A stretch of DNA of 64,000 nucleotides from a virus: the IMG/VR virus record IMGVR_UViG_3300042013_000061, positions 32,001 to 96,000 of that record. The stretch is one strand, 5' to 3'. Below the pieces are notes generated by a model, which saw only the letters and a program-made list of their open reading frames with translations, was not told the DNA's origin and ran no database searches. The number at the start of each line of letters is the position of its first letter. Within the stretch, counting starts at the first letter, position 1. The translations under genes were made by a program, and so were the position numbers. Positions 19,441-28,418 of this stretch are shown here, piece after piece.

Positions 19441-19450
19441 TATTAAATTA
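19441..19450 (-). promoter_or_regulatory. putative late promoter TAATTTAAT
   Basis: Recurrent motif, followed by the hairpin AGCTTAC-TAGG-GTAGGCT. Confidence 0.5.
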
Positions 19451-19490
19451 GGGAGTTTTTACATTCCCTATTTGAAAGGGTTAATGCTTT

Positions 19491-19535
19491 TTAAACCCAT
19501 TCTTCTTCGTTAGTTACAACGGCGAATGCGTTCAT
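19491..19535 (-). CDS. 14-aa micro-ORF MNAFAVVTNEEEWV
   Basis: AAAGGAATAAACA-ATG RBS directly after the protease stop. Confidence 0.35.
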   Translation of the reverse strand: MNAFAVVTNEEEWV

Positions 19536-19547
19536 TGTTTATTCCTT

Positions 19548-20363
19548 TTAAATGAGCAATCCTTTTGGATCGAGAATGGTATCGCCAATAGCGGAAACAT
19601 AAGACGGATCGCCATAACCCGAACGATAACCGTCTACGCCAGAACGACCACCAATGTTTTCCAGCAATGACAATTCAAAGCCGGTAATGTTTTCACAGCG
19701 GCGATAAGCCAAACGACCATCCAACAGTTTGTACGTTGGTTTGCGTGGGCGTGTATGACTGCAAGGAGAACCAATTCCTTTACCCGCTTGATGCGAACAA
19801 ATGGAACATTTATAAGCACTGTAATACATGCCCATCGAATAAGTGTTCAATTCACGTTTCAATACACGTGCAATTCGCACCGGGTCGCGGGTACGATCCA
19901 TTGCCGCCAGCATTACCAGTTTTTGCACACCGGGAAACGGCGTAGGGCGCATATAAGTACCGAGGATTAATCCACGTACCCATTCCGGTTTGTGCTGGTG
20001 TTCAACATACATCGGGGCGCCTTCCCACGTTTTGTATGCCATTTGTTTTTGGTCTGGATTCCAACGCAGAAATTCCTGCAAAGAAACCGAATCCCCGTTT
20101 GTATTGGGAATATCGGTAATCATTGCAGGAACAGGAACCAGAATATAATCGTTAATATCCTTGGACAAACCGTGATAAGCAGCAGCACGTGGAAGCCAGA
20201 TATTCGATTGAAGCGTTTGCATTTCGCCCGTGCCGGATGCAGTCGGGCCAACGGTAATAGAACCATCACCGTTCTTTGTAATTCCGTGCAATTCAGTAGG
20301 CGCTAAAGGCGTGCCCATGCTGAATGCTGTAGCTTCGAAATGTTCGTCGTGTTCGCCTTCCAT
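19548..20363 (-). CDS. putative prohead maturation protease
   Basis: PNTNGD, YVEH, YSMG and ELSLL pattern of HK97-type (U35/S78-like) phage proteases with a CxxC insert; upstream of scaffold/MCP; start moved to MEGEH (GGAGG RBS). Confidence 0.6.
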   Translation of the reverse strand: MEGEHDEHFEATAFSMGTPLAPTELHGITKNGDGSITVGPTASGTGEMQTLQSNIWLPRAAAYHGLSKDINDYILVPVPAMITDIPNTNGDSVSLQEFLRWNPDQKQMAYKTWEGAPMYVEHQHKPEWVRGLILGTYMRPTPFPGVQKLVMLAAMDRTRDPVRIARVLKRELNTYSMGMYYSAYKCSICSHQAGKGIGSPCSHTRPRKPTYKLLDGRLAYRRCENITGFELSLLENIGGRSGVDGYRSGYGDPSYVSAIGDTILDPKGLLI

Positions 20364-20695
20364 TATTTGCCTCCAGTGTAGTGATCGCGCACCCATTGGC
20401 GGGCATCAGAAATAGACAATTGATTCGGGTTTTTAAGCGACAACAATCCCTCCTCACTTTGCGCAACATGAACGTTCGGATTTTCTTCGTCGTATTCATG
20501 ATCGTGCATAAATGGATCGAATTGTTTATGGTGGAGTTTCGCAGTCCACATCGCCGTGGTTTGAGAGCGATCAACGCTTTCGTCATCCACGGCGGATATG
20601 GTGGCAATGCGTTTTTCTCCGTCGCAAACCCAAACATTTGACCGTTGGTGCATTGGCAAATGTCTTTCTTCCGGGTCAGCAAGAAAAGTCAGCAT
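20363..20695 (-). CDS. hypothetical protein
   Basis: 110 aa from MLTFLAD (GAGG RBS); avoids overlap with the upstream gene. Confidence 0.7.
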   Translation of the reverse strand: MLTFLADPEERHLPMHQRSNVWVCDGEKRIATISAVDDESVDRSQTTAMWTAKLHHKQFDPFMHDHEYDEENPNVHVAQSEEGLLSLKNPNQLSISDARQWVRDHYTGGK

Positions 20696-20702
20696 AAATA
20701 CC

Positions 20703-22034
20703 TCAGTCGATAGTGTTGTAATCGAAATCGCCGTCGTAACGAATGTAATAACGATTGTCCACACTGCCGATGCTAGCTTGCGCATTATCGTTTTCGAAAT
20801 GATAAACGGTGCGTTCGCCATCAGAGGTAATGCTCGGCACGTATTGCATGCCATTGAACAGCTTTTGCAGCGCGGTAATTCCCCCGTTGCAATCGAACAC
20901 CATGCCGTCACCACATTTTTCGTAGTTTTCACACTGTGCAAGATTGAGCAGATATTTCAGGGTTTCAACAGCGCTATCGGATGCAGATGCAAACATTTCG
21001 TCACGACTTAATTGGAAATCACGTGCGGAATGATATTGCAGAATATCCGACACCTGATCTACGATTAAATTAATGGTATCGGAATGATCGTCTTCACCAT
21101 CGAACGCAGATGCAGCAGCTTTGTAACCTTTCTTCGATTCAGCATCTTTGCGCTTCTGCACACGTGCATGAATTTCGTCGTCGGTTTCTTTCTTGCCGCC
21201 GAATACATCATCATCGTCTTCAACGCCTGCGGCTTCGCGTGATTCTTTGCGTTCTTTCTGACGTTTTTTCTCACGCAAACGACGCAATTCATCAACGTCA
21301 TCACGCAAGTTTTTACCGTGTTTGCTACCGGCCCACATATCGAACATTACTTTGCCGACAAGTACGCCCAACGGTGCCGCCGCCATACTGCACGCCATGA
21401 TCCCGGCGCCGAACAATGCCATTGTCGCAACACTTGCCAGCACCTTTTGCATTGCATGCTTTTCAGTGGTGCGCATTTCATCCGGCTTTTTCTCGCCGCG
21501 CATGAGGTCTTTAACAGCAGCCAAACCTTTCTTGAACATTACCGGTTGTTTCTGCGCTTGTGCCTGTACGACAGTAGCGATTTCGGTTTTGTTCTTTTTA
21601 ATCGTGTCACTGGCTTCGCGCAGATGTTCGTCTTTTACCTGACTCAACGCCGACAGACTTTGCGGATTAATTACCGCTACGTTTGCTTTGTTGTAATCAG
21701 CGATATCACGCCGCACTTTTGCAACTTCCATGCGCTTTGCGTGAATCTCTTTTGTAGAAGGGAAACGGTCGCCGCCATGCACAACAACTTCGTTTTTCTT
21801 TGTAGGCATTTTCGGTACAAATGCACCGTTGAAATCGTCCGCTTTTTCTTTCGTATCACCACCCATGAGAAAGCGGTGACTGGAATGCGGATAAAGTTTA
21901 ATGTAGCGCTCACGTGCTGGTTTCGACAGCTTCAGAAATTCGCCTTTACTCAGGCGTTTCCGCCATTGCGACATATCTTTAACTGGCGCATCCCCATCGT
22001 CATCTTTGAACGCCCACGCTAGAGAGATATACAT
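20703..22034 (-). CDS. hypothetical protein with an internal hydrophobic hairpin (candidate internal virion protein)
   Basis: 443 aa from MYISLA; segment VLASVATMALFGAGIMACSMAAAPLGVLVG. Confidence 0.7.
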   Translation of the reverse strand: MYISLAWAFKDDDGDAPVKDMSQWRKRLSKGEFLKLSKPARERYIKLYPHSSHRFLMGGDTKEKADDFNGAFVPKMPTKKNEVVVHGGDRFPSTKEIHAKRMEVAKVRRDIADYNKANVAVINPQSLSALSQVKDEHLREASDTIKKNKTEIATVVQAQAQKQPVMFKKGLAAVKDLMRGEKKPDEMRTTEKHAMQKVLASVATMALFGAGIMACSMAAAPLGVLVGKVMFDMWAGSKHGKNLRDDVDELRRLREKKRQKERKESREAAGVEDDDDVFGGKKETDDEIHARVQKRKDAESKKGYKAAASAFDGEDDHSDTINLIVDQVSDILQYHSARDFQLSRDEMFASASDSAVETLKYLLNLAQCENYEKCGDGMVFDCNGGITALQKLFNGMQYVPSITSDGERTVYHFENDNAQASIGSVDNRYYIRYDGDFDYNTID

Positions 22035-23106
22035 AGAGAGCTTCCTGTACCGCCCGGTCGAGAATGGCGATATCGTTTTCGATGTTTTGTGGAAGGTTTC
22101 CATCCGCGTACATTCGCAACAAAATGTCTTTTTGTTCCTGTGCAGCGCGAAGGTTGCCGGTCTGCTGATAGCACGCCATCAACATGTGATTGCACCACGA
22201 ACCGTGGTAATACTTATCCGAATAAATCATGTCATATGTTGGACGTTCAACCAACATGGCGGAACGCACATACGCAATGCAGTGTTCATACTGTTTGTGG
22301 TAGAAATAAAAGTCCGCCAATTCACAATATGGTTCGCGAATATTGTTGCAGTGTTGCACGGCCTGACGGAACCACCATTCGGCTACTTCGTAATCGCTAG
22401 CCATTTGGGCAACCCGGCGCGCACTCTCCGAACGGAAAGGTGCATAGGTTTCGATTTCCATGTGTTGCTTGTACAGCATGTCGGCCATTGCGTAATTCTG
22501 AAGCGCGTAATATTCCCGCGCCAGATACTGCACACTACGCGCATCATTCGGGTTTTCGTCGTAAGCCACTTTCAACAGGTCGAGATAATGACCAGCGGCT
22601 TTAGGCGTTCCGTAATGCACGCAATAGAACGGCAGAGTTACCGCTTTTTTCTCTTCACGTGGAACGCAAAGTTCATGCACAGGGTATTGCCATGTAACGC
22701 TATCACGACGGTGAACGGCCAGACGCGGATAGGACATGCGAACATTTCCTACATCGTCGAAATCGTAAACCAGCGTGTAATTCGCAACGTCCATTTCTTC
22801 CGTGAAATTCTCTTCAATTGCTTTGCGCCAATCAGGCCCGAGGCGTTCGTCGAAATCCATAGAAACACAAACGTCGAAATCATCAGGAACCCACGAAAGC
22901 GCTTCGTTGCGGGCACGGTCGAATCGGAACGTTTTAGAAGTGTGCATTTGTTTAACATTTGCACCACCTTCCAGAAGCAGGCGCACGGTATCGTCTTTAC
23001 TCCCGGTGTCGAGAACAAAAATACCGTCTGCATCTTTGATATTTTCCAACCAGTCCGCAACGTTGTGTTGCTCGCCTTTCGCAATAGCGTACACGGCAAT
23101 TTTCAT
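22000..23106 (-). CDS. glycosyltransferase family 2 with C-terminal TPR-like repeats
   Basis: LDTGSKDDT, FDRARN.AL, DFDE (DxD), VHE and HYG motifs; helical YLAREY...A..LY repeats. Confidence 0.88.
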   Translation of the reverse strand: MKIAVYAIAKGEQHNVADWLENIKDADGIFVLDTGSKDDTVRLLLEGGANVKQMHTSKTFRFDRARNEALSWVPDDFDVCVSMDFDERLGPDWRKAIEENFTEEMDVANYTLVYDFDDVGNVRMSYPRLAVHRRDSVTWQYPVHELCVPREEKKAVTLPFYCVHYGTPKAAGHYLDLLKVAYDENPNDARSVQYLAREYYALQNYAMADMLYKQHMEIETYAPFRSESARRVAQMASDYEVAEWWFRQAVQHCNNIREPYCELADFYFYHKQYEHCIAYVRSAMLVERPTYDMIYSDKYYHGSWCNHMLMACYQQTGNLRAAQEQKDILLRMYADGNLPQNIENDIAILDRAVQEALYVYLSSVGVQR

Positions 23107-23110
23107 GTGA

Positions 23111-23434
23111 TTAAGCTCGCTTTTCTTCGTCAAGTACAACAACAGATTTCAGTACGCTGTCGATCAGTTCCAGCGCGCCATCGTCAGTAGCGGCGGCAGT
23201 CAATTGACGCGGCCATTGAACCTTTTGGTAATGGCTGTCCGATTTAACATCGGAGATTCGCCACACGTCAGTCATTTCAAGTGTTACAACTGCCAAACCT
23301 ACGCGCCCGCCATAAACCATGACGGAAACGCGTGAGGGACAATCTTGTTTTTCGTGATGCTCCACGATCTTCACGTCTTGTTTCAGGCGACGTGTGTGAA
23401 TTAAGTCGTGTACAAGTGTTGTGATATTTGGCAT
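23111..23434 (-). CDS. hypothetical protein
   Basis: 107-aa ORF between the ligase and GT2 genes. Confidence 0.7.
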   Translation of the reverse strand: MPNITTLVHDLIHTRRLKQDVKIVEHHEKQDCPSRVSVMVYGGRVGLAVVTLEMTDVWRISDVKSDSHYQKVQWPRQLTAAATDDGALELIDSVLKSVVVLDEEKRA

Positions 23435-23437
23435 GGG

Positions 23438-25375
23438 TTATATTCCGTGCTTCTTGCGAAAGCTGGCTAATGAGAGAATTGGTTTTCCAAGGGATTTCGC
23501 CTCTTTAGTCTTTTCGTTGGAAGCATTGTCGTCTTTCACGATCAGCAGAGTTGCCTGCTTAACCGTAGAGGCAATCTTCCCGCCGTTCGCGATAATCCAC
23601 TCTTGCAATTGTTTGTCCCTTACGGACGTGAACAAAACAACTTGGCCGCTCATTTTAGAACCGGTGACTTCTGCTTTTTTCGCTTCAGTCAGTTTGATTC
23701 CGTTGCGCTTGCAGAACTTCAGGAACACACTGAAATTCTCTGCAATTTGATGGGCCAGTTTATTAAAGCCTTTAACCTTTCCAATACGTTCTGCCAATTC
23801 ATCCACAGACCAATCGGAATCCAACAGGTCTGGAATATCATCGACGATATATTGCAAACGTTTCTCCCCAATTCCTTCGCCAAAAGCGGCAGAACCCTGA
23901 GCAACGTTTTGGAAGGTCATGCGTGATCTTGCGTCTTTGAGTGCCTTGTGTAATTTCGCGGCACTTGTATCGGCACTGCGCGGCAGGGCTTGCAAATCCT
24001 GCATCGTCATTTTCATGATTTTCTTCACGGTGTCATAACCTGCATCAACAAGTTTTGTGATAACCCCTTGTTTAACGCCGTCAACTTCGAGTACCGTGAA
24101 AAAGTAAGTCAATTCTTTAATTGTGCGCAGGTTTGATTTTTCATCATGCACTACGCGGAAATGCACACCGTCGGCTTCACGTTCATACGGGCCGGGCGGC
24201 AGGCTGGCTTTCTTCGCACCTTTAACGATTTCCATAATGTACGGAATTACGTCACCGGAACGAACAGCTTTAATAACTGTGCCCTTGTTAATCGGGCGCG
24301 GGGCATACGGCGCCTTTTCTTTTGGCTTCGGTTTCAGATAACCGTGCTCAATGTAGAACGCGTTATGTCCGGTAAACCACGAAACTTCTACGCCGCCAAT
24401 AATGGTCGGTTCGATTGTAATTCGCGGGAACCATTTTCCGTAACGCGTTTCTTCCCACACAACATCCTTGACGACCAATTCAATTGCGTTCGCCAGACTG
24501 TTGATTTTGAATGCGTAGGCGTGGGTCGGATAACCCGCCGTCACCTTGTAGGCTTTGTTTTGCGTTACCACAACACCGTCGATATCCCGGCCTGCTTCCT
24601 TCTTGCGCTGGTCGTGATATTTTTCCAGAATTTCAGGTGTGATTTTCTTTACGACAATGTACGGCACAACGTCGAAACCGTATTGCTCAAGTTTCTTCAG
24701 TTGGTTTTCCAGTGGGCCACCAGCAGTGATGCCCTTCAGGATTTCGTAACACACAACACGGAACTTTTTCATGTCCGTGTGGGCTACGTTCCGATTCAAC
24801 AAACCACCGGCTGTGTTGCGTCCGGTCTTGTCGTCAGGGAAGAACTTTTTAAATGTCGTCTTGTCGATTGTGAATTCAGCACGCACAATAAAGCGGCCTT
24901 TGAACGCAATCTTTTTCGGGATTTTCATGTAAGGAATTGCTTTCGAAACGTCCTTACCGACCAGCCCTGCTTTGCCGCGTGTGGTTGCCAGAATCGGCAC
25001 GCCCCCGTCATAGGTAATCGACAGGGAAATACCGTCTTCTTTATCCGACAATACATACGACGTAGCTTTCATAAAAGCAATCTGGCGAGCCGGTGACAGA
25101 ACCCGGAATTTATCCAGACTCGCCATCGGCACTTCCAGAGTAATGTCGGCGTTTTTCACACCACCGACATTCTTTTCAGTCTTCTTTTTCTTGGAAATCG
25201 ACCAACGATAATCGTCCATGATATCGTAGGTTTCATCACCAATAACTTCCGCATTTGCACGGTAGCGGTCGTCGAGTTCCTGCAACACAGCATTCAACTG
25301 AGCGAGCGTTAATGACTTCGCAAACTTTAACGGGTCACGGCGCATTGCTCGCTTCTGTTCAAGCGTGAATTTCAT
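23438..25375 (-). CDS. ligA: NAD-dependent DNA ligase
   Basis: Domain Ia DETYD, MASLDK, KEDG active site, TRG, RN...G, DGVVV, AFK, RSGDVIP, HhH repeats and C-terminal BRCT. Confidence 0.95.
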   Translation of the reverse strand: MKFTLEQKRAMRRDPLKFAKSLTLAQLNAVLQELDDRYRANAEVIGDETYDIMDDYRWSISKKKKTEKNVGGVKNADITLEVPMASLDKFRVLSPARQIAFMKATSYVLSDKEDGISLSITYDGGVPILATTRGKAGLVGKDVSKAIPYMKIPKKIAFKGRFIVRAEFTIDKTTFKKFFPDDKTGRNTAGGLLNRNVAHTDMKKFRVVCYEILKGITAGGPLENQLKKLEQYGFDVVPYIVVKKITPEILEKYHDQRKKEAGRDIDGVVVTQNKAYKVTAGYPTHAYAFKINSLANAIELVVKDVVWEETRYGKWFPRITIEPTIIGGVEVSWFTGHNAFYIEHGYLKPKPKEKAPYAPRPINKGTVIKAVRSGDVIPYIMEIVKGAKKASLPPGPYEREADGVHFRVVHDEKSNLRTIKELTYFFTVLEVDGVKQGVITKLVDAGYDTVKKIMKMTMQDLQALPRSADTSAAKLHKALKDARSRMTFQNVAQGSAAFGEGIGEKRLQYIVDDIPDLLDSDWSVDELAERIGKVKGFNKLAHQIAENFSVFLKFCKRNGIKLTEAKKAEVTGSKMSGQVVLFTSVRDKQLQEWIIANGGKIASTVKQATLLIVKDDNASNEKTKEAKSLGKPILSLASFRKKHGI

Positions 25376-26682
25376 AGACGTTTTCCAGCAGTCAAGTCGA
25401 GGTCAGCGGCTTGTTCCATAACTTTGTCGAGCGCCTTACCTTTAATGGTCTTGACGTAGGTTACAGATTTCATAGACCGCAAGTCTTCACCGGCAGGCAC
25501 TTTGTAATGACGCAGAGATTTTTTATCGGCGTTAAACATAACGAGAACATCCGTCATGCCGGTCGGCTCAATGGAAACAACTGTCCATTCCGTACCGTCT
25601 TTCGAAGCCAGTACCACGCCTTCTTCAGCGAGAATGGCATCAGGTTCGGGAAGTTCTTCGCCCGTCTCTTCGTCGATATCATGATCTTGATGGAAGTCCA
25701 TTTCTGGATCATCTTCTTCATCAAATTCGTCTTCGTCTTCCAGTGGTGTAATTGCCGGTTTACCTTGGGTATTTACAGTATCCAAATCTTCCATTTCAAA
25801 TTCGTCAGGAGGATTAAGCAGATTATCTTCTTCTTCCTCGTCGAAATCCATTTCCTCTTCCAAATCTTTGTAGTGGAAATCCGAAACAAGTGGCTTTGTT
25901 CGGTCTACAAATTTGTCGGGATCGTGTTGCGATTCCTTGACCATTGGAATCTTTACGCGGCCCGGTTTAATTTCTTTCGGAATGCGAATCTGCGGACGGC
26001 GCGCACGCTTAGGCAAAGTCGCAATCAGGTCTTTCAAATCCACGAGGCCGCGTTGCTGTTGTGCGCTCGGAAGAATGTCAGAATTAAGCGTAATCTTTTC
26101 GTATACATCGTGGTCAATGTTTACGCGTTCGCCATTCTGCATAATCACGTAACCACCGTGAGACTTGCGCATATAGCGAAGGCCGACCACATCACCGTCG
26201 TGCAGACTGGAACGCGTAGTGCCGTGATGTTTTGTTACCACGTTTACGGTGCGAACCATTTTCCGCCATTGGTAATTCGCTCGGTCATACGATACAGCTT
26301 CGTTAATCGTACCGCGTGCCACGAAATATTGTGCGGTTTGTTTGTCACCAGTTTCCAAATGCTGCTTTCGCAACTGGCCTTGACGCTGGCCGGTCTTCGC
26401 GGGCTTTTCGGGAATCCCTTGGTAGGGTTTCAAATGCTTGATAAACTCGTCGATTTTTTCTTGCTTGATTGAGCGGAAAATCTTCTGAGGATATTTCGCC
26501 AATACCACTTGATACGCACCAGCGGTTGGCCCTCGTGTAGCTTTCCGCAAACCGATCAAATCGTCCGTCTCAACTTTGAGCGGCAAATCAGCGTCGAGTT
26601 TCAGTTCAAACATCGGCCCTTTATTTGACATCCATTCAAATTGCTTGAAGTCTGCCTGTACTGCGGCGAGGGCGATAATCAT
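25372..26682 (-). CDS. hypothetical protein with acidic central region (candidate virion protein)
   Basis: 436 aa; N-terminal MIIALA; ATGA coupling at both ends. Confidence 0.75.
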   Translation of the reverse strand: MIIALAAVQADFKQFEWMSNKGPMFELKLDADLPLKVETDDLIGLRKATRGPTAGAYQVVLAKYPQKIFRSIKQEKIDEFIKHLKPYQGIPEKPAKTGQRQGQLRKQHLETGDKQTAQYFVARGTINEAVSYDRANYQWRKMVRTVNVVTKHHGTTRSSLHDGDVVGLRYMRKSHGGYVIMQNGERVNIDHDVYEKITLNSDILPSAQQQRGLVDLKDLIATLPKRARRPQIRIPKEIKPGRVKIPMVKESQHDPDKFVDRTKPLVSDFHYKDLEEEMDFDEEEEDNLLNPPDEFEMEDLDTVNTQGKPAITPLEDEDEFDEEDDPEMDFHQDHDIDEETGEELPEPDAILAEEGVVLASKDGTEWTVVSIEPTGMTDVLVMFNADKKSLRHYKVPAGEDLRSMKSVTYVKTIKGKALDKVMEQAADLDLTAGKRL

Positions 26683-28346
26683 AACGCGATAATCTCTTTC
26701 GTTGTGGTGACGGTTTCGTGTTGCAGCGTATAGGAAACACTCACGTTATAAGTGCCCGGTACGTTTGCATTCACGCTACCAAAACTCACGCTTGCCAATT
26801 CATCAGAGCAGAACCACAATGGCGAAACAACACGTTCACTTCCATCACTGAATGTTGCAACAGCGACATAAGCGTTTGCGGTATTTGCACGAATAGATTC
26901 TGGCCCTTCAATGCGAATCGAGAGCGGGAAAGTTTTATTGTCAATCAGGGTTACAGGCAATTCGGTCATCAGGTCTACGCCGCTAATGCTGGTCGAAGCA
27001 CGGATTACCAATTCTGCCGTTTCAACAACTTGCACAGCATGCAGAACGCCGTTGTTGGAAATGTTCGCAATATACTCATTGGAAATTTCCCATTTCGCAG
27101 GCAACACAATGTCAGCGCCATCCTCGTAAACCACGTGGAATTTGAGAAGCTGATATTCACCGACGTGCATCGGACTGCGCAGTTCAATGTAGCAACTAGC
27201 AGGCAAGGAGAGTGCAGGAACTACTTCGATATTTCGCGTTACTTGCAAATCCTCGTAAACTGCCATGAGGTTGACCGAAGTTTCAGCCTCGACTTTCGGT
27301 GCTGCGTAGAGCTGATTCCCGTCATCAATTGAACCGGCGATTGTGTTCGTGTGGATTCGGGATTGCACTGCTTTTTTCGTACCGTCTGTAAAATGCACAG
27401 TCGTGTAATACTGCACGACCAAACCTTCACGCACACGAGCAGGGCCGTCAATCGACAGATACTCAGGACGCACTGTAATATCCAACACGCTCAATTCAAT
27501 TGACGCACTGGTCACAGTACCTTCGAAATCGTAAGACGCAATAATGGTCGTATTTTCTACGCCGTTAACTGCGTTTGCACAAAAGGTTCCGTCGCAGGAA
27601 ATTTCCCCGGCTTTCGGATTCGTGTGCATCCATGTTGCAATTACTTGCTGATTTTTCCCATTGTCGAACAGAACTTCGAAACCAAAGTTGGCTCGGCCTA
27701 ATTCAGTGATAATGGAAGGGCCAAAAATAAAACCTTTGACCGGGTAAATTGCGGAGTCAACAACGAGAACATCAAGAATTGCTGTGCGCGTAATTCCGGC
27801 GACAATGTAAGTCGCGGTGAATCGCACTAACGCACTGCCGCGAATCTTTTGGAAATGGGCAATGCCGGTTGTGTCGATTGTGGCAATACTTGGCCGACTT
27901 GATGTAAAAGTTGTGGGCACAATTTCCACAGTAGAACTATCATCGTAACGAGCGGTGACGACGTAAGTTTCAACTGTGTTTTTCTCGACTTCACCTTTGC
28001 CGTTAATGACAATAGAAACCAGCGTGGGCGGTGTGTCGATATCGCGAACAGTCACAATCGTTGTGCTGGTCAGCGTCGAGTCGGAACCTGCATGGTAATA
28101 CAGGCAAGAAACTTGCACAGAACGCGTGCCCGTTGGAACGGTGCCGCCTGTGAATAAACCATCTGCTGAAATGCTGCCAAAGGGCGAGGCAATTGCCGAC
28201 CATGTGGCTAATACTTCGTGTTGTGAATTGTCTTCAAATGTCACGATTGCGCGCATTTGAAAAGTTGATCTTTCTGCAACAGGAACGGTGGGGCCGATGA
28301 TATCTATTTGAACCGGCCACAGTTCCTCTAAGCTAGTATCGGCCAT
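26679..28346 (-). CDS. Ig-like repeat virion protein (6 repeats)
   Basis: Six ~90-aa units of the form P..I.I.GP..V.E...F.DG....V...W....I...G. Confidence 0.8.
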   Translation of the reverse strand: MADTSLEELWPVQIDIIGPTVPVAERSTFQMRAIVTFEDNSQHEVLATWSAIASPFGSISADGLFTGGTVPTGTRSVQVSCLYYHAGSDSTLTSTTIVTVRDIDTPPTLVSIVINGKGEVEKNTVETYVVTARYDDSSTVEIVPTTFTSSRPSIATIDTTGIAHFQKIRGSALVRFTATYIVAGITRTAILDVLVVDSAIYPVKGFIFGPSIITELGRANFGFEVLFDNGKNQQVIATWMHTNPKAGEISCDGTFCANAVNGVENTTIIASYDFEGTVTSASIELSVLDITVRPEYLSIDGPARVREGLVVQYYTTVHFTDGTKKAVQSRIHTNTIAGSIDDGNQLYAAPKVEAETSVNLMAVYEDLQVTRNIEVVPALSLPASCYIELRSPMHVGEYQLLKFHVVYEDGADIVLPAKWEISNEYIANISNNGVLHAVQVVETAELVIRASTSISGVDLMTELPVTLIDNKTFPLSIRIEGPESIRANTANAYVAVATFSDGSERVVSPLWFCSDELASVSFGSVNANVPGTYNVSVSYTLQHETVTTTKEIIAL

Positions 28347-28376
28347 GAATTATTATCTCTCCGAAGTCTGCAACTG

Positions 28377-28408
28377 AAAAAAGCCAGCCACCCGAAGATG
28401 GCTAGCTT
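28377..28408 (-). terminator. rho-independent terminator
   Basis: AAGCTAGCCA/TGGCTGGCTT stem plus T-run. Confidence 0.7.
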
Positions 28409-28418
28409 ACTTTTTCCG

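Noticed and set aside
21066-21072. TAATTTA copy inside a CDS
   Set aside because: Intragenic and ~370 nt from the next start; not counted as a promoter
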